64,000 bases of DNA from Octopus bimaculoides. Taxonomy: Eukaryota. The notes under the pieces were generated by a model that was given only the letters and a program-made list of their open reading frames with translations, was not told the DNA's origin and ran no database searches. The first letter of the stretch is position 1. Each line of letters opens with the position of its first letter. Below are positions 60,730 to 64,000 of the stretch, one piece after another. The stretch lies in assembly GCF_001194135.2 (NCBI RefSeq), contig NC_068983.1:103824754-103888753 (forward strand), in the 5' to 3' direction. A program made the position numbers and the translations under genes.

Positions 60730-63700
60730 TAGGTGCAGGAGTGGCTGTGGTAAGTAACTACAAGGTTCCGGGTTACCAACTACAAGGTTCTGGGTTCAGT
60801 CCCACTGTGTAGCACCTTGGGCAAGTGTCTTCTACTATCGCCTTGGGCTGACCAAAGCCTTGTGAGTAGATTTGGTAGACAGAAATCGAGAGAAGCCAGT
60901 CATATATAAATGTGTGTGTGTGTATGTGTCTGTGTTTGTACCCCTAACATCGCTTGACAACCAATGTTGGTGTGTTCACGTCCGTGTAACTTAGCGCTTT
61001 GGCAAAAGAGACTGATAGAATAAGTACTAGGCTTACAAAGAATAAGTCTTGTGGGTCAATTTGTTCATCTAAAGGTGGTGCTCCAGCATGGCCGCAGTCA
61101 AATGACTGAAACAAATAAAAGAAAAAAAGAAAAAGAATTAGTTGTCATCATTTTAACATCCACTTTTCGTTGCTTGCAGTGTTCAGTTAGAATCCTTGAA
61201 GCAGATTTTCTCTGGTCAGACACCCTTCTTGTAACCAACCTTCCTCTGTCTCTGAGCAAAATAATATTTCCTCTTGGCCAGACATGTTTTCATGGAAGAC
61301 TGGAAATGAAGGACACTGCTTGCATGATGGTGACACTCACAATCAGCATGCAATACCAAAACAAGGAGAAACACACACACACACACACACACACATACAA
61401 ATGCACACACACACACATGCGTGCACACACACGCATAAACACACACAAACACACACATAAAGCTTTATGGTTACTTCAATGATACAGTAAATTTACTGCC
61501 CTTCCTCAACCCTTGAATTGAGGATCATTACCCACCCTCTCTTCTGTTCTTTCTCAGTTTTAGGGGCCACTTCAAGGCTTTAACCTTGGAAGTTACCATC
61601 ACTAGTACCATTGCCATGGAAAATACACCCTGTGCACTCTGTAAAATGGTTGGTCTTAAAGAGCATCCAGCTATAGAAACTATGCCACAGTTGACATTGG
61701 TGCATAATGCAGCCCTCCAACTCTTGTCAAATCATGTAGCCCGTGACAGCACTGAAGCTGGAAGTTAAATGATGATGAGGAGGAGGATGGTGTTGGTGGT
61801 GATTATGGTAATGATGATGATGAATTAGTTTGATTGCAAATATTGAGAAAATAATTTTAAACACAGAGTAAGTATCTAAAAATAAACTTTTATTGGTTTA
61901 TCTAGGTATGAAACACATGGACATAAATGATGATTTAATACTTTTAGACCAAACAAAAACCACTTCAAATATTTTTGTATTCATTATCCTTTTGTAATAA
62001 ACCAGCTACTGAAACACATTTGACAGTTTCTACGCTTGTTTAAGCAGCTGATTATTTGGTTTAGATGCATTCTTAATTCCATTCATTTGATGTTTAACAG
62101 GTTTTGTAGGATTTCTCTGTGTATAAAGTCAGTCAGATTATATATGTCACATGTAAAGGAATAAATTTTATATTATTCAGGAGTGAATCCAGATTAGTGA
62201 TCACATAAGATCTGCATCAAATGAAAAGGAATGAGTTAAATATGTTCGCTGCTTAAAATGTGCTAACTTCCAAGAGTGTTCATGGTGTTTAGCTCTAGGC
62301 AAACTCTGATTGAGCAGATCTATGATCAAAGACGTTCCAACTGTGGCAATTCTTTCTTTTTTACAAGCACATTATCAGATCAAACCCTTTCCTTTTTATT
62401 CAACTGGTATGGCATAAAGGGCAGCACACATGACTTTTGCAGGCCTTCTCTCTGATCCCAGTGAGATCAATATAGAAAGACTGGAAGTGATATGATGAGT
62501 ACAGGGCCTGAAGGAGTGGGCACAATATTAGTAATATGAAGGATACAGTTAAGTGAGAGGAAAAGTGAAGTTTGAAAAAGATTTCACTGCTCTTTCTAAC
62601 CAATCAAGGGATTTGTAGAGGCTCCCTCAATAGCTTGTATTAAAAAAGGTTTTATTGTAGAGATGTTGAGAAATCCACTAGACGATGAAAATATTGAACT
62701 ATGCAGAGAAAAGATGATTGTTTTGATGTAATCTTATAAGATGTAATGAAAGTTATCCTAACAAAGATAAACCAAGGAAACCTTTGATCAAAATTAGAAT
62801 CATATATGACATGATGAAGGACAGAGACACAAGAAAACAAGGTTTGATACAAATGCATACCTGTTCTAGATTTAATGCAATATGGTTACAACTACCTTAA
62901 GGAGTTTATTCTTGCAGCTTCATTACTTGAGTTGGTAATTAACAATGGATTAAGTTACTATTTTCTTATGAAGATCTAACATTCTAAGGTGATTGTGTAA
63001 TTATTTAATGATTACCACACAATATACTAATATATACTAGTGAAATACATGTAAAAATTATGTAATTCATAATAAAGAGTCTCTGCTCTCAGTTGTACAC
63101 TGTAAATTATTCAAATGCATTTAATACCAAAAGAAAATCAGATGACAATATTAAGCTTAATACTCAACTGGGAGGTCTAAGCATTGGTTAACTGTCACCT
63201 ATCTAATTTTAAATAGTAATTTTTTTATATATATAGATATACACATAGGTGCAGGCCTGGCTGTGTTTAAGGAGGAGTTTGCTTCCCAAGCACATGGTCT
63301 TGGGTATAGTCTCAGTGTATGGCACCTTGGGAAAGTGTCTTCTATAGCAGCCTTTGGTAGACGTTAACTGAAAGAAGACTATGTGCAAAGATACAGAAAT
63401 CATGATTTAGTAATTCCATCACTACTGCTTGGCACTTTTTATCTGCTGCAGATACACTTCTATACTTTTTTGCATTATATGTCAATATGAGATGCTTTCT
63501 CGAGACAAATATTGCAGTTCTCTGCTTTCTATAATATATCCATGTTAAGTAAGATATACAGAACCATATTCTGAAACAATACTGCTCCTGTTGTTAAGGA
63601 CAATTTTTTACCCAGTCCACCTACTATTTGCAATTCTGGTGATTATTTAGTCAGTTTATCAATAAAGGCTAAATTCATCTAAGCATGTGACTGAGAGCAG

Positions 63701-64000
63701 ATACTTGCTACTGATGTCATGCAAAGACAAAAATCATGATTTAGTAATTCCACCACTGCTGCTGTACACTTTTCATCTACTACTAATACACTTTGGTACT
63801 TTTTAGCTGTATTTTTTTCATCTACTACTGATAGACTTCTATACTTCTCATCTTCATGAGTAGTTTTCACAAGATAAGTATGGCAGTTTTGTGGCTTTCT
63901 CTATGTATATCTACATTTAAGTCAGATATAGAGAATGATGTATGTATGTATGTATGTATAGTCAGGTCACGTGTGAGGTCTTTCATGAGTACTTCTGGCA

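Overview
This is AT-rich eukaryotic genomic DNA from a gapped draft scaffold (about 14 N-runs, several flanked by duplicated contig ends). It is almost entirely transposon debris and microsatellites. The repeat families resemble those of octopus genomes (an inference from recognition, not a search). They include four tRNA-headed SINE families, RTE-type LINE pieces with (GAT)n tails, R4/Dong-like RLE retrotransposons in (TAA)n tracts, an L1/Tx1-like 3' end, Penelope-like GIY-YIG remnants, five mariner relics, and MITEs with TA, TTAA or 8-bp TSDs. No complete host gene can be identified; only weak candidate exons are seen. Most ORFs in the track are microsatellite or gap artefacts. The most notable observations are three hammerhead-ribozyme-like motifs with non-canonical cores next to (TA)n tracts, an orphan 18S rRNA 5' fragment, reciprocal mariner/piggyBac-MITE nesting, a near-perfect 142-bp inverted duplication of a SINE tail plus flank, an unclassified ~455-bp (TAA)n-flanked element, and a duplicated exon-like module. 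Nothing here demonstrates a wholly new system; the hammerhead/Penelope motifs and the (TAA)n-associated element are the best leads. Many boundaries are approximate because they were read by eye.
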